DNA of 64,000 nt from Vicingaceae bacterium (GCA_036567945.1 DATCTM010000020.1:72-64071), one strand, 5' to 3'; counted from the first letter of the stretch, positions 47,296 through 58,662 are shown. Numbers and translations are program-made. The notes: a model not told the origin generated them from the sequence alone.

Positions 47296-48864
47296 TTATT
47301 TAAAAGCAACACCATCTATACCTTTTGTTTCTACCTGAATATTTTTTAATTTAGAAGTATAATTTACAAATTCTTGTATATTTTCTAAAACATCGTAAGC
47401 AACCGTATAGGATTTTGAAGCATCAATTATTAAAGTTGAATCTTCAGGTATTTTAGCTAATTCTTTTGCAACACTTGCTTTATTTAAAAATGTCACTTCT
47501 TCTGAAAGTGTTAAGGTATATTTAGTTTTACCATCAACTATTTCTTTTTTACAGTTTAAAGCGTTTTTATAATTCTTTCTTAAAATATAAAATACGGCCA
47601 CCACCATTCCTATTCCAATGCCTTTTAACAAATCTGTTCCCACAATAGCTATAACAGTTACTAAAAAAGGAACAAACTGCTCATGTCCTAATTTAAACAT
47701 ATCTCTGAATATTGATGGTTTAGCAAGTTTATATCCTACTAATAACAAGATTGCTGCTAAAGAAGCTAATGGAATTAGATTTAAAAAAACGGGGATAATA
47801 ATTGCCGATGACAATAAAATTACACCATGAAATATGGCTGACATTTTAGTTTTCCCACCAGATGTAATATTTGCTGTACTTCTAACTATTACTTGTGTAA
47901 TTGGCAATCCTCCAATCATACCGGAAACCATATTTCCTATACCTTGAGCTCTTAATTCTTGGTTGGTTGATGTTCTTCTTTTATATGGGTCTAATTTATC
48001 GGTAGCTTCCAGACACAATAAGGTTTCCAAACTTGCTACTATGGCTAAAGTTACAGCAACAACATAGACATGCGGATTACTAAATGCAGAAAAATCTGGA
48101 AACTTAAAAAAACTCAAGAACTCTTGTGGAGAAGAGGCTACTGGTAATTCAACCAAGTGTTTTCCACTTAAAACTAACTCTGGAGCCAGATTTAAAAATA
48201 GTGCATTAAGTAAAATACCTGTTAACACTACAAATAATGCTCCCGGTAAAAATTTAAATAACCCAATTTTTTTCATAAAATTAGTTTCAAAAAGAATTAG
48301 CATTCCCAGAGAAATAATACTAATGATTATTGCTCCCATACTGCTATATTTAAAGGCATAATAAATTTCGGTAACGGTATTATGACCATCCTTTTGAGCA
48401 AAATCGAAATCACCCATAAAATCTTCATCATAACCTAAAGCATGTGGAATTTCTTTAAGAATAAGGATTATTCCAATAGCGGTTAGCATTCCTTTTATTA
48501 CTGATGATGGAAAGAAATAGCCAATAATACCAGCTTTCATAAATCCAGCTAAAAGTTGCAACACTCCAGCTAAAACCACCGCTAATAAAAAGGCTTCAAA
48601 AGATCCTAAAGTTTCTATTGCTCCTAATACAATTACTACTAAACCAGCAGCAGGACCAGAAACTCCTAATTGAGAGTTACTTAAAGCTCCTACTACAATA
48701 CCTCCCACAACTCCGGCAATAATTCCGGAAAATAATAAATCGGAGCGACCTGTTGAGGCTAAGGCAATACCCAAACATAAAGGAAGGGCTACAAGAAAAA
48801 CTACTAATCCGGCAGGAAAATCTGATTTTAGATTAGCAAACATATTTAATTTTTTTGGTGTCAT
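47296..48864 (-). CDS. SulP family inorganic anion (sulfate/bicarbonate) transporter with STAS domain
   Basis: Multi-TM SulP core (GIALASTG..., NQELRAQGIGN) and a C-terminal STAS-like domain. Pairing with can suggests bicarbonate. Confidence 0.85.
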   Translation of the reverse strand: MTPKKLNMFANLKSDFPAGLVVFLVALPLCLGIALASTGRSDLLFSGIIAGVVGGIVVGALSNSQLGVSGPAAGLVVIVLGAIETLGSFEAFLLAVVLAGVLQLLAGFMKAGIIGYFFPSSVIKGMLTAIGIILILKEIPHALGYDEDFMGDFDFAQKDGHNTVTEIYYAFKYSSMGAIIISIISLGMLILFETNFMKKIGLFKFLPGALFVVLTGILLNALFLNLAPELVLSGKHLVELPVASSPQEFLSFFKFPDFSAFSNPHVYVVAVTLAIVASLETLLCLEATDKLDPYKRRTSTNQELRAQGIGNMVSGMIGGLPITQVIVRSTANITSGGKTKMSAIFHGVILLSSAIIIPVFLNLIPLASLAAILLLVGYKLAKPSIFRDMFKLGHEQFVPFLVTVIAIVGTDLLKGIGIGMVVAVFYILRKNYKNALNCKKEIVDGKTKYTLTLSEEVTFLNKASVAKELAKIPEDSTLIIDASKSYTVAYDVLENIQEFVNYTSKLKNIQVETKGIDGVAFK

Positions 48865-48884
48865 AATATAAATTATTGAACAAA

Positions 48885-48909
48885 TAATTAATTGATAATC
48901 AATTAATTA
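48885..48909. promoter_or_regulatory. 25-nt palindrome upstream of the sulP-can operon
   Basis: TAATTAATTGAT-A-ATCAATTAATTA with 12-bp perfect arms, 21 nt upstream of the sulP ATG. ATTGATAA recurs at 48921-48928. Confidence 0.4.
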
Positions 48910-49004
48910 AATTTGCATTATTGATAAATTAATCTTGAAAAAAAATATTTTTTCAATGATAATAAAAGAAACACTATAGCTTACTATAGCATTAATTCAA
49001 TAAT

Positions 49005-49289
49005 TTATACTAATTCGGGTGGAGGAGCAACAATTTCCTTATATGGAGGAAATAGCAAAGAAAATTCTACTTGATGTTCTAACTCTGTAGCTTGAAAAAA
49101 ACACCTGAAATCTGAATCTTCTGAAATATATTCTTGCATGGCGAAGGTTACAGTAGAACCACCACTATGTCTATTTTCTTCTTCAGCAATTTCAACAAAT
49201 TGATAAGTAGAAACAGAAAAATATGAAAACGAAAAGGTGCTTACTAAAAGTAGTAAAAAGAATATGGCTATTATTTTATGACCTTTCAC
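49005..49289 (-). CDS. hypothetical small membrane-anchored protein
   Basis: 94 aa with one N-terminal hydrophobic helix. Confidence 0.45.
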   Translation of the reverse strand: MKGHKIIAIFFLLLLVSTFSFSYFSVSTYQFVEIAEEENRHSGGSTVTFAMQEYISEDSDFRCFFQATELEHQVEFSLLFPPYKEIVAPPPELV

Positions 49290-49306
49290 AGTGGCGAAAT
49301 TACATA

Positions 49307-50875
49307 TTAAAAGCTACTTTTTCTTTTTTTAAAAATTAAAAGTGTGTTAAAATATGCAAAAAAAGTAATTCCCACTTGTGTTTCTAAGGTATCTTCGGTA
49401 AGCATGGAAAGCATTGAAATGGAAATAAAACAGAGATAAAGATAATCTCTATATTGTTTTAAAACAATGATGGGGTAAAGTAAAAAAATTAAAAAATAAA
49501 CTCCTCCTAAAATACCAAAACTCACAAAATAAGTTAAGTACTGATTATGTGCTCTTCTCCAATATTTTTCAGAAATAATATCTCTTTCTTCATGTTTTTT
49601 ATTGAAAGCATCCTGAACATCTCCTGTTCCAACACCAACAAACATATTATCTTTAACAATGTTGACAGCAGTATGCCAATACACCCACCTGAGCATTACA
49701 GAATGACCATCGGCAACATTATACTTATTGTACATTTCTATTTCCCAAAATATTTTATGCAACCTTAGCTCTATCCCATTCATATCAAGATACCTAAAAT
49801 TTGAAACTCCGTTTTCTATGGCTTTTATTTCTTCAGGTGTTAATTCATTAATAGCTTCTTCGGTTTTTAATTTACCCTGAGAAGTAATAAACCTTAATAT
49901 GGTAAATCTAATTTGTTGTCCTTTATTATCAAACCCATTAAAATTGATTTTACTTCTTTGGTTCCAAGCTTGTTCTATTTCTTGGTTGGCAATATTTCTA
50001 TAAATATAATTTCCATTTTCCATTCGAAAACTATTAGAACTTATAGTGTCATGAAAAAGTTTTTCACCCTTAGGTGAATATTCTTGAATAGGCAGCACTT
50101 CAACATCATTAAAAGACAAATATTCTTGATAACAACTTTTTATATAAAGTACTAATGAAACTGAAATTACAATAACTACTGTTACTGCCGATAATTTTAC
50201 AATGATTTTATTATATCTTATTCCGTAATAAAAAACCAATAAAATAATAGTAATAGCTGTAACAGCAATACCTGTTATTAAGTTAAGTAAAAACAGAAAA
50301 GCTACCAACCAACCAAAACTTAATATCCATCTGATTTTTTGCTTTTTATCTGTTGTTTTTATTGTATAATAAAATGCTCCAAAAATGGCTAACGATACTT
50401 CCAAACCAAACCTTATATGCGAGGTAAACCTTGATAAATCTCTCTTGTCAATAATTGCTTCATTAAGTCCTCCTAACATTACAAAAACGCTCCATAGAGA
50501 TGCTGTTATTACACCTCCAACATACACCGAAAAAATTAAACGAAATTCTTTATTGGTTAATGGTTTAAAGCTAACTATTAAAAAAGGCAATATAAAAAGC
50601 GGCAACTTTCTTCTGATATCATCAAACGCAAAATCGAAATTAGTAGTATTTAAAAGTCCTAAAAGAGTAAGCAGATACACAGAACTTAATATAAGTGCCG
50701 TTCTATTTTTAAAAAAGCGCTTTATTTTTTCTAGATGATTTCCTTCTAATAACCATAAAAACCCTATACAAAGCTCTCCTAAAGTTATAAGAGGTTTAGA
50801 CAATGAGAGTCCCACTGCAATAAACATCAAAAAAAACAAATACATGTTTCTTGAATAAGTGGAAACAAAACTCAT
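49307..50875 (-). CDS. O-antigen ligase (Wzy_C) family membrane protein
   Basis: Multi-TM protein with a large periplasmic loop, plus AHNQYLTYFVSFGILGG as found in O-antigen ligase/polymerase families. Confidence 0.65.
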   Translation of the reverse strand: MSFVSTYSRNMYLFFLMFIAVGLSLSKPLITLGELCIGFLWLLEGNHLEKIKRFFKNRTALILSSVYLLTLLGLLNTTNFDFAFDDIRRKLPLFILPFLIVSFKPLTNKEFRLIFSVYVGGVITASLWSVFVMLGGLNEAIIDKRDLSRFTSHIRFGLEVSLAIFGAFYYTIKTTDKKQKIRWILSFGWLVAFLFLLNLITGIAVTAITIILLVFYYGIRYNKIIVKLSAVTVVIVISVSLVLYIKSCYQEYLSFNDVEVLPIQEYSPKGEKLFHDTISSNSFRMENGNYIYRNIANQEIEQAWNQRSKINFNGFDNKGQQIRFTILRFITSQGKLKTEEAINELTPEEIKAIENGVSNFRYLDMNGIELRLHKIFWEIEMYNKYNVADGHSVMLRWVYWHTAVNIVKDNMFVGVGTGDVQDAFNKKHEERDIISEKYWRRAHNQYLTYFVSFGILGGVYFLIFLLYPIIVLKQYRDYLYLCFISISMLSMLTEDTLETQVGITFFAYFNTLLIFKKRKSSF

Positions 50876-50904
50876 TTTAGCAAAGAATTTAAATTAAACA
50901 AAAG

Positions 50905-52569
50905 TTAATCTTGCTTGGTATTGCCTGCAAAAACAGCTTCATATTTTTGTTTATCAGAAAGTACTTCAATAGCTTTTTCCATAACAGGGTCTGTTTTTAA
51001 AGATGCTTCCATTTTTCCTTTCTGATAGTAATATCTTGTAGCAATTTCTGTTTCCAAAATATACTTTATTTCTTCCTTAAAAGTATATAAATCTTCTTCT
51101 TTATTATGTTTTAATTTATTTAGTAAAGCATTGTATTCACTTTCTAAACTTTTAAAATATTTATCTGCTTTAGCTGCTTTTTCTAGTTTCTCTAATAACG
51201 CTTCACTATCTGTAGTATAGTCGTAGTCCTTACCATCAAGAAACTTAACAAACTTTTCATACTCTTCATCAGAAATAGTAAACGCATCTACAGCAGGAAT
51301 TGCATTGTTTTTTAACCTAAAATCTGTTGCATAATCAAACAAATGATTTTTTAGATACAAACTGGTAGCAATATCGCTAATTTCTTTTTTCTCTACTTTA
51401 ATATCGGGTTCAATTCCCATTCCATCAAATACAGGTCTATACGTTTTTAAAGTCTTAAACTCTCTTATTAAAGAATCCGGAATTGCATTTACTTTTCCAT
51501 CCTCATCTTTATGCGAATAATCTAATTTTTGGATACATCTTCCGCTTGGTGTATAATATTTAGCAACGGTAACTTTTAATTTTGAGTTATAACTCAATGG
51601 TCTTACTTGTTGCACCAATCCTTTTCCGAACGAACGATTTCCAATAATAACAGCTCTATCATGATCTTGCAATGCTCCCGACACAATTTCTGAGGCAGAT
51701 GCAGACATTTCATCTATCAACACTACAATAGGAATTTCTGTGTCAATAGGCATTGCTGTAGCTTTATACACTTTATCCCAATCGCTAATTTTTCCTTTAG
51801 TGCTAACTACTTCAGAACCTTTAGGAACAAAATAATTTACAATATCTATGGCTTCTTTCATTAGTCCTCCACCATTTCCTCTTAAATCTAAAATTAAAGA
51901 CTTAGCATTTTGCTCTTTTAATTTTGTAAAAGCTGCTTTTACTTCAGCACCGGCAGACTCAGTAAATCCGTTTAGCTTAATATAACCTATATCATTTGAA
52001 TACATTTTATAATAAGGTACATCGTCAATTTTAACCTCTTCTCTAACCACTTTCTTCTCAATTGGCTCTTCCGTTCCTGGTCTTTCAACTGTAATATTTA
52101 AGGTAGTTCCCGGTTGTCCTAAAAGTAAATCTCTAATTTCTGAAGTTGATTTATCAGTAACATCTTTCCCATCAATTTTTAACAATCTATCTCCTGCCCA
52201 CAAACCCGCTTTATGAGCTCCAAATCCTTCATAAGGTTCAGAAATAACTACATGCTCACCATGCTGTTGAATTAATGCTCCTATTCCACCATATTGCCCT
52301 GTAGTCATTAACTTGTAATCTTCAATATTAGATTCAGGAATATAGTTAGTGTAAGGATCTAACGATTCTAACATAGCATCAATTCCGGTTTTCATCAACT
52401 CTCCCGGATCGGTATCATCAACATAGTAAATATTTAATTCACGAAAAAGTGTTGCAAAAATGTCGAGATTTTTAGAAACTTCAAAATAGCTATCTACAAA
52501 ACCAACCGAGAAAACACTTGCTAATGTTATGCTTACTATTAAAATGTATTTTTTAAATTTTTGTGTCAT
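50905..52569 (-). CDS. S41 family C-terminal processing peptidase with PDZ domain
   Basis: PDZ segment (GLWAGDRLLKIDGKDV), LDLRGNGGG, and SASASEIVSGALQD (catalytic Ser region). Confidence 0.85.
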   Translation of the reverse strand: MTQKFKKYILIVSITLASVFSVGFVDSYFEVSKNLDIFATLFRELNIYYVDDTDPGELMKTGIDAMLESLDPYTNYIPESNIEDYKLMTTGQYGGIGALIQQHGEHVVISEPYEGFGAHKAGLWAGDRLLKIDGKDVTDKSTSEIRDLLLGQPGTTLNITVERPGTEEPIEKKVVREEVKIDDVPYYKMYSNDIGYIKLNGFTESAGAEVKAAFTKLKEQNAKSLILDLRGNGGGLMKEAIDIVNYFVPKGSEVVSTKGKISDWDKVYKATAMPIDTEIPIVVLIDEMSASASEIVSGALQDHDRAVIIGNRSFGKGLVQQVRPLSYNSKLKVTVAKYYTPSGRCIQKLDYSHKDEDGKVNAIPDSLIREFKTLKTYRPVFDGMGIEPDIKVEKKEISDIATSLYLKNHLFDYATDFRLKNNAIPAVDAFTISDEEYEKFVKFLDGKDYDYTTDSEALLEKLEKAAKADKYFKSLESEYNALLNKLKHNKEEDLYTFKEEIKYILETEIATRYYYQKGKMEASLKTDPVMEKAIEVLSDKQKYEAVFAGNTKQD

Positions 52570-52594
52570 ATTTGTTTCTTTAATCTTTATTTAT

Positions 52595-52816
52595 TTAAGG
52601 TACAGGATCGTGTCCATGTCCTCCCCAAGGGTGGCAAGATGAAATTCTTTTTATTGCCAACCAAGTTCCCTTAAAAGGGCCATACTTTTCAATTGCCTCG
52701 AGACTGTACTGCGAACAAGTGGGTGAGTACCTACAGTTTACTCCTAAAAATGGAGAAATACTTAGTTGGTAAACTCTTATTAGCAAAACAACTATTTTAC
52801 TTAACATCCACTTCAC
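52595..52816 (-). CDS. yidD: membrane protein insertion efficiency factor YidD
   Basis: [10 protein letters not shown]...RISSCHPW motif; 73 aa; overlaps the rnpA stop by 4 nt. Confidence 0.9.
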   Translation of the reverse strand: MKWMLSKIVVLLIRVYQLSISPFLGVNCRYSPTCSQYSLEAIEKYGPFKGTWLAIKRISSCHPWGGHGHDPVP

Positions 52817-53223
52817 AAGGCATCTCTTAAACGTGATAAAATTACTTTTATTTTTTCTTCTATCTCTTTGTATGACAAAATTTGTTCCGAACTATAAATC
52901 ATCATCATATTAATTTCTTTCTGATTTTCAAGCAGCTTAATTTTTAAATCATGATTATTTAATCTGTAAGCTTCTCTAACCCTTCTTTTAATTAAATTAC
53001 GATTAACTGCTAGCTTAATTTTTTTCTTAGGAACGCTAATACCAAAGTTAATAGGAACATTATTTTTTTCGGTTTTGACCTTATAAATTAGCCTTATAGG
53101 AAACTGATTAATAGATTTTCCTTGTTTAAAAAGCAATTCAATTTCTTTTTGGCTTTTCAGTTTTTCTTTTTTGGAAAATTTATATGATATTGGCTTGGTC
53201 AATGTCAAAGATATTTTGAGCAA
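52813..53223 (-). CDS. rnpA: ribonuclease P protein component
   Basis: Basic 136-aa protein with [16 protein letters not shown] and [15 protein letters not shown] (RNR motif). TTG start in the ORF track; the exact start is uncertain. Confidence 0.8.
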   Translation of the reverse strand: MLKISLTLTKPISYKFSKKEKLKSQKEIELLFKQGKSINQFPIRLIYKVKTEKNNVPINFGISVPKKKIKLAVNRNLIKRRVREAYRLNNHDLKIKLLENQKEINMMMIYSSEQILSYKEIEEKIKVILSRLRDAL

Positions 53224-53245
53224 AAATACGAAGAGAAAAACAATT

Positions 53246-54040
53246 CTATTCTTTTATTCTTTGTGGATGAGCGTAACATGTTGCTTTATTTTCTCTGCAA
53301 AAGCCAAGAAGCGTTATTCCTAATTCTTTAGCAAAATCAACTGCTAAACTTGATGGAGCCGAAACTGCTCCCAGTACCGGAATTTTAGCTGCATAAGCTT
53401 TGGCAACAATTTCATAAGAAATTCTTCCACTTACCACCATACATTTTGACTGTCTTAGTTGATTTGTGGCTACAAGGTTTCCAATAACTTTATCTACTGC
53501 ATTGTGTCTGCCAACATCTTCTTTTAACGAGAGTAAAGTACTATCTTTAGCAAATGCTGCTGCTGCATGAGAACCTCCCGATTGATGAAATGTAGGTTGA
53601 CCTTTTTTCATAATATCAAACATGGTATAAAGGTCTTTTATAGCAATAATTTGCTCTTGTTTTTCAATTTTTTCGCCACTGGAAAGTTCTAGTAGTTCTT
53701 GTCGTCCACAAATTCCACAGGAACTTACCGATAATAAATTCCTACTATTTTTATAACCATTGCCCAATTGATTTTCATCTATCTCAACAAAAGCTTTAGA
53801 AACAGCATTTTTTTCATCTTTTTCAAGAATGACTGAAAGCACTTGTTTTCCTCTATAAATATCTTCGGCATATAACAATCCTCTAACCAAGTCTTCATCG
53901 TCTCCAGGAGTTCGCATAGTAATAGAAAAAGTTTTGTTATTGATATAAATCTGTAAGCCTTCCTCTACTGTTAAATTATCTTCAACTAAATTACTATCAT
54001 TTTTACAAAACTTTTTTCCTTGATATTGGTGTATTTTCAT
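53246..54040 (-). CDS. fdhD: formate dehydrogenase accessory sulfurtransferase FdhD
   Basis: SSCGICG active-site loop, GGSHAAA, and GRHNAVDK. Confidence 0.85.
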   Translation of the reverse strand: MKIHQYQGKKFCKNDSNLVEDNLTVEEGLQIYINNKTFSITMRTPGDDEDLVRGLLYAEDIYRGKQVLSVILEKDEKNAVSKAFVEIDENQLGNGYKNSRNLLSVSSCGICGRQELLELSSGEKIEKQEQIIAIKDLYTMFDIMKKGQPTFHQSGGSHAAAAFAKDSTLLSLKEDVGRHNAVDKVIGNLVATNQLRQSKCMVVSGRISYEIVAKAYAAKIPVLGAVSAPSSLAVDFAKELGITLLGFCRENKATCYAHPQRIKE

Positions 54041-54073
54041 TTGACTTTAATCAGTAAAGTTGTAAAAATAGTT

Positions 54074-54112
54074 ATAAAAAAAATCCTGACTAGTAAAAAA
54101 CCAGTCAGGATT
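54074..54112 (-). terminator. intrinsic terminator after infB
   Basis: Stem AATCCTGACT/AGTCAGGATT with an 11-nt loop and a T8 run on the minus strand. Confidence 0.8.
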
Positions 54113-54132
54113 ATATTTTTCTTTTTGAGGGA

Positions 54133-56817
54133 CTATATTTTTTGTTTTACCTCAACTTGTTCATAAGCTTCAACAATGTCGCCTTCTTTTATATCATTAA
54201 ATTTATCAATGTTCAATCCACATTCGTAACCTTTAGCAACTTCTTTAACATCATCTTTAAATCGTTTAAGCGAACCTAGTTTTCCGGTATAAACTACAAT
54301 TCCGTCTCTAATAACTCTTATGTCGCTTGTTCTATAAATTTTTCCTTCTTGAACCATACACCCTGCAATTGTTCCTACTTTAGAAATTTTAAATATTTCT
54401 CTAATCTCAACTGTTCCGGTAATTTTCTCTTCAAATTTAGGAGCTAACATACCTTCCATTGCATCTTTAATCTCTTCAATAGCATCATAAATAATTGAAT
54501 ATAATCTAACATCAATTTGTTCTTGTTCTGCAATTTTCCTAGCATTTACTGATGGTCTTACTTGGAAACCAATAATAATAGCATCAGAAGCTGCTGCTAA
54601 CATCACGTCTGACTCAGAAATTTGCCCAACCGATTTATGTATAATATTTACTTCAATTTGATCTGTAGATAGTTTTTGTAAGGAATCAGATAGTGCTTCA
54701 ATAGAACCATCCACATCACCTTTAATAATTACATTAAGCTCTTTAAAGTCTCCAATAGCCAATCTTCTTCCTATCTCATCTAAAGTAATGTGTTTATTAG
54801 TTCTAGCTCCTTGTTCTCTTACTAACTGAAGTCTTCTTTCAGCAATGTTTCTAGCCTCTCTCTCATCTTCCATTACATAAAACTTATCGCCCGCACTTGG
54901 AGCTCCGTTTAATCCTAATAAAGATACGGGAGTTGATGGACCTGCTTCTGTAATTTTTGTACCACGCTCATTAAACATAGCCTTAACTTTTCCACTATAA
55001 CATCCAGCTAATAATACATCTCCAACTTTCATTGTTCCAGATTGAACCAACAAAGTAGATACATAGCCCTTCCCTTTATCCAATTCGGATTCTATAACTG
55101 TTCCTCTACCTTTTTTATTCGGATTTGCTTTTAATTCTAACATTTCTGCTTCTAGCAATACTTTTTCCAATAATTCTTCTACATTGGTACCAAATTTTGC
55201 AGAAATCTCTTGTGTTTGATATTTTCCTCCCCATTCTTCTACTAAAATATTCATAGCAGAAAGTTCTTCTCTTAATCTATCAACATTTGCTCCTTCTTTA
55301 TCAATTTTATTGAAAGCAAAAACAATAGGCACTCCGGCAGCTTGAGCATGATTAATTGCCTCTTTTGTTTGCGGCATTATATTATCATCTGCAGCAATAA
55401 CAATTATAGCAATATCTGTTACTTGGGCTCCACGAGCACGCATAGCGGTAAATGCCTCGTGACCAGGAGTATCTAAAAATGCTATTCTTTTACCATTGTC
55501 TAATGTTACCGAATAAGCTCCAATATGTTGCGTAATTCCTCCGGCTTCACCGGCAATTACATTCGCTTTTCTAACATAATCCAATAAAGATGTTTTACCA
55601 TGATCTACGTGCCCCATCACTGTAACTATTGGTGCTCTATCTAATAAATCTTTAGGATCATCTTCCTCTTCTTGTTCAAAATCTAAGTTTTCTGAAGCAG
55701 AAATAAATTGAACAGAATAACCAAACTCTTCTGCAATAATAGAAATGGTTTCTGCATCTAAACGTTGATTAATAGAAACAAACAAACCTAAGCTCATACA
55801 TGCTCCAATTACTTCATTAACATTTACATTCATTAATTTTGACAGCTCATTTGCTGTAACAAACTCAGTAATTTTTATTATTGATTTTTCTTTTTCTTCT
55901 CTTTCAACATTTTTCTGAGCTTCTTCACTTGCTGCTAATCTTTTGTCTTTTCTGTGTTTTACAGATTTACTTTTCCCCCCTCCTGTTAAACGAGCAAGTG
56001 TTTCTTTTACCTGATCTTGAATTTGTTTTTCTGTTAATTCTTGTTTTTTCTCTACTCTTTCGCCTTTTTGTTGTCCTTTTTTAGCGAATTTTTTTGGAGC
56101 GTCTGATAAATCAACTTTTTTACTAAGTCTTTTTCTTTTAGATTTACTTCCTGACTTATCATCATCATCAACATTTTTTTCTTTATTGGATGATGCTATC
56201 GGTTTTCTTTTTTCAAACTTTTTCTCAACGGGAAGGTCTATGGTTCTCAGAACCTTAATTTCATTTAGTTTTTCATATACTGTTTCAATACTTTGAGGAC
56301 CTTCTTTTTTAGGTTTTTCCTCTTTTTTAGCCTCCTCTTTAGCTTCTGCTGCTTTTGGAGCTTCTTCTTTTTTAGGTTCCTCTTTCTTTTCTTCCTGTTT
56401 TTCAGCAGTTTTTGCTTTTTTATCAGGTCTGGTTTTAGAGTTAATACTATCTAAATCTATTTTAGATATAATTTTAGGTCCTTTTGTTTCTTCTTCCTGA
56501 GCAGCTTCTTCTTTAACAACAGGTTCTTCTGATTTTTCCTCAACCTTTTCTTCTGCTTCAACCTTTTTTTCAATTGGTTTTATAGAAATTGTTTCTTTTT
56601 CAGACCCTATTGTTATCTTTTTGGATTCTTCTTTAGTGTTCTTATCTTGCTGAAACTCATCAAGTAAAACAGCATAAACGCCTTCATCTAATTTTGTATT
56701 AGGATTGCTTTCAATCTTAATATTTTTAGATTCTAAAAATTCAACAATGGTATGAATACCAATGTTAAATTCTTTTGCTACTTTACTTAATCGTTTTACT
56801 TGTGATCCGTTAGACAT
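54133..56817 (-). CDS. infB: translation initiation factor IF-2
   Basis: K/E-rich N-terminal region, then GTPase motifs [18 protein letters not shown] and NKID, then the C-terminal IF-2 domains. Confidence 0.95.
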   Translation of the reverse strand: MSNGSQVKRLSKVAKEFNIGIHTIVEFLESKNIKIESNPNTKLDEGVYAVLLDEFQQDKNTKEESKKITIGSEKETISIKPIEKKVEAEEKVEEKSEEPVVKEEAAQEEETKGPKIISKIDLDSINSKTRPDKKAKTAEKQEEKKEEPKKEEAPKAAEAKEEAKKEEKPKKEGPQSIETVYEKLNEIKVLRTIDLPVEKKFEKRKPIASSNKEKNVDDDDKSGSKSKRKRLSKKVDLSDAPKKFAKKGQQKGERVEKKQELTEKQIQDQVKETLARLTGGGKSKSVKHRKDKRLAASEEAQKNVEREEKEKSIIKITEFVTANELSKLMNVNVNEVIGACMSLGLFVSINQRLDAETISIIAEEFGYSVQFISASENLDFEQEEEDDPKDLLDRAPIVTVMGHVDHGKTSLLDYVRKANVIAGEAGGITQHIGAYSVTLDNGKRIAFLDTPGHEAFTAMRARGAQVTDIAIIVIAADDNIMPQTKEAINHAQAAGVPIVFAFNKIDKEGANVDRLREELSAMNILVEEWGGKYQTQEISAKFGTNVEELLEKVLLEAEMLELKANPNKKGRGTVIESELDKGKGYVSTLLVQSGTMKVGDVLLAGCYSGKVKAMFNERGTKITEAGPSTPVSLLGLNGAPSAGDKFYVMEDEREARNIAERRLQLVREQGARTNKHITLDEIGRRLAIGDFKELNVIIKGDVDGSIEALSDSLQKLSTDQIEVNIIHKSVGQISESDVMLAAASDAIIIGFQVRPSVNARKIAEQEQIDVRLYSIIYDAIEEIKDAMEGMLAPKFEEKITGTVEIREIFKISKVGTIAGCMVQEGKIYRTSDIRVIRDGIVVYTGKLGSLKRFKDDVKEVAKGYECGLNIDKFNDIKEGDIVEAYEQVEVKQKI

Positions 56818-56910
56818 ACTTTTATCCTTTTTTTACAATATTATTGATTATATTTTAATCGATAATTTTAATGTGCTACTAATATATGAAATACTGAGGA
56901 ATTTAAAAAA

Positions 56911-58149
56911 TTAATCTTCAAACTCTTCTTTCAATATACTCATAACGTCTTCTACAGTTTCTATTTCTAAATCTGTTCTTTTAACTAATTCTTCAACCGA
57001 TAAATCTAATACGCTTCTTGCAGTATCGCATCCGATAGATTTAAGTTCTTCCAACACCCATCCTTCTATTTCATCAGCAAATTCATCTAATGCAACATCA
57101 TCAGAATCATCATCAATATCTCTATAAACATCTATTTCAAAACCTACTAATTTTCCGGCTAATTTAATGTTATGACCTCCTTTACCAATAGCTAAAGATA
57201 TTTGATCTGGTTTTAAGAACACTTCAGCTTTTTTAGTTTCTCTATCTAATTTAATAGAAGTTGTTTTTGCCGGACTTAATGCTCTTTGAATGTATAATTC
57301 AATGTTATTAGTATAATTAATTACATCAATATTTTCATTTCTTAACTCTCTAACAATTCCATGAATTCTTGCTCCTTTCATCCCTACACAAGCTCCTACC
57401 GGATCAATTCTATCATCATAAGATTCTACAGCTACTTTTGCTCTTTCTCCCGGTTCTCTAACTATATTTTTAATGGTAATTAATCCGTCAAAAATTTCAG
57501 GAACTTCTAATTCAAATAACCTTTCTAAGAATAATGGAGAGGTTCTTGAAAGAATAATTGCAGGTTTGTTATTTTTCATATCCACACGAACTACAACTGC
57601 TCTCACGCTATCTCCTTTTTTAAATCTATCGCTAGGAATTTGCTCAGACTTTGGCAGAATAAGTTCATTGTCTTGATCATCTAAAATTAAAATTTCTCTT
57701 TTCCAAATTTGGTAAACCTCACCTGTAATTAGTTCTCCAACTCTATCTTTATATTGTTTGTAAATGTTATCTTTTTCTAATTCCATTAACTTAGACATTA
57801 AGTTTTGTCTAAGTGATAATACCAACCTTCTTCCAAAATCTTCAATTTTAACTTCTTCAGAAACTTCTTCACCAATTTCAAAATCAGGTTCAATCTTAAT
57901 AGCGTCAGAGTATGCAATTTCTTTATTTTCGTCTTCTACTTCACCATCGTGAACAATCTCTCTGTTTCTCCAAATTTCCAAATCTCCTTTATCAACATTC
58001 ACAATAAAGTCAAAGTTATCGTCATCACCATATTTCTTTTTAATAGTGCTTCTAAAAACATTTTCTAGTATATTCATTAGAGTTACTCTATCAATATCTT
58101 TAAACTCTTTAAACTCTTCAAATGAATCAATTAGGTTTACGCTTTCCAT
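56911..58149 (-). CDS. nusA: transcription termination/antitermination factor NusA
   Basis: N-terminal domain, S1, and two KH domains (GACVGMKGARI, AIGKGGHNIKLA). Confidence 0.93.
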   Translation of the reverse strand: MESVNLIDSFEEFKEFKDIDRVTLMNILENVFRSTIKKKYGDDDNFDFIVNVDKGDLEIWRNREIVHDGEVEDENKEIAYSDAIKIEPDFEIGEEVSEEVKIEDFGRRLVLSLRQNLMSKLMELEKDNIYKQYKDRVGELITGEVYQIWKREILILDDQDNELILPKSEQIPSDRFKKGDSVRAVVVRVDMKNNKPAIILSRTSPLFLERLFELEVPEIFDGLITIKNIVREPGERAKVAVESYDDRIDPVGACVGMKGARIHGIVRELRNENIDVINYTNNIELYIQRALSPAKTTSIKLDRETKKAEVFLKPDQISLAIGKGGHNIKLAGKLVGFEIDVYRDIDDDSDDVALDEFADEIEGWVLEELKSIGCDTARSVLDLSVEELVKRTDLEIETVEDVMSILKEEFED

Positions 58150-58161
58150 GGTTGGTTGTTT

Positions 58162-58623
58162 TTATTTAAATGAAATTATTATTTTAGTTTCTTTTATATT
58201 ATTAAAATTTATTTGCTCATTTTGTATTGAAATTTTCTTTTTCTTCCCTACTTTTTCTTTTATTTCTCTCTCAATGGTGATGTACTCATCTGTTACTTCT
58301 ATAAGCTTACCTTTTAACTGCTCATCATCATTAGTAGTAATTTTCAATTCTCTTCCAATATTTTTATCATATTGCTGTTTCACTCTAAGAGGCTTGTCTA
58401 ACCCCGGTGAAGAAACTTGCAATTCAAAATCTTCTGTTTCTCTATCTAAATTGTGCTCTATTGCTCTGCTAATATCAACACAATCACTAATTTTAACACC
58501 CTCTAAACTATCTACTTCTAATAAAATATTATTTCCGGGTCTAATGTCCAACATTACTATAAAGGCATTTTTTTCTTCAAGTGTTGGCGTAACCAAGGAT
58601 AATATTTGTTCTTCTGTTATCAT
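58162..58623 (-). CDS. rimP: ribosome maturation factor RimP
   Basis: 153 aa with LEVSSPGLDKPL-type motif (LQVSSPGLDKPLR), directly upstream of nusA. Confidence 0.88.
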   Translation of the reverse strand: MITEEQILSLVTPTLEEKNAFIVMLDIRPGNNILLEVDSLEGVKISDCVDISRAIEHNLDRETEDFELQVSSPGLDKPLRVKQQYDKNIGRELKITTNDDEQLKGKLIEVTDEYITIEREIKEKVGKKKKISIQNEQINFNNIKETKIIISFK

Positions 58624-58625
58624 TT

Positions 58626-58662
58626 TTAGATAAATAAAAGAGGGGACGCCTGTCCCCTCTTT
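58626..58662 (-). terminator. strong intrinsic terminator after rplI, 13 nt upstream of the rimP ATG
   Basis: 11-bp stem AAAGAGGGGAC/GTCCCCTCTTT with a 4-nt loop. On the minus strand it is followed by the U-rich tail TTTATTTAT. Confidence 0.85.

Noticed and set aside
53246-54040. fdhD without any formate dehydrogenase gene nearby
   Set aside because: FdhD acts as a sulfurtransferase for Mo-bisPGD enzymes, and its partner genes may simply lie outside this window. Not anomalous on this evidence.
56100-56600. Apparent DNA repetitiveness in infB
   Set aside because: It reflects the K/E/A-rich low-complexity N-terminal region usual for IF-2, not a discrete repeat family.
58046-58633. 195-aa plus-strand ORF
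   Set aside because: It lies entirely antisense to nusA and rimP. The S/L/F/I-rich low-complexity translation is typical of the shadow frame of a K/E-rich gene, and there is no start context.
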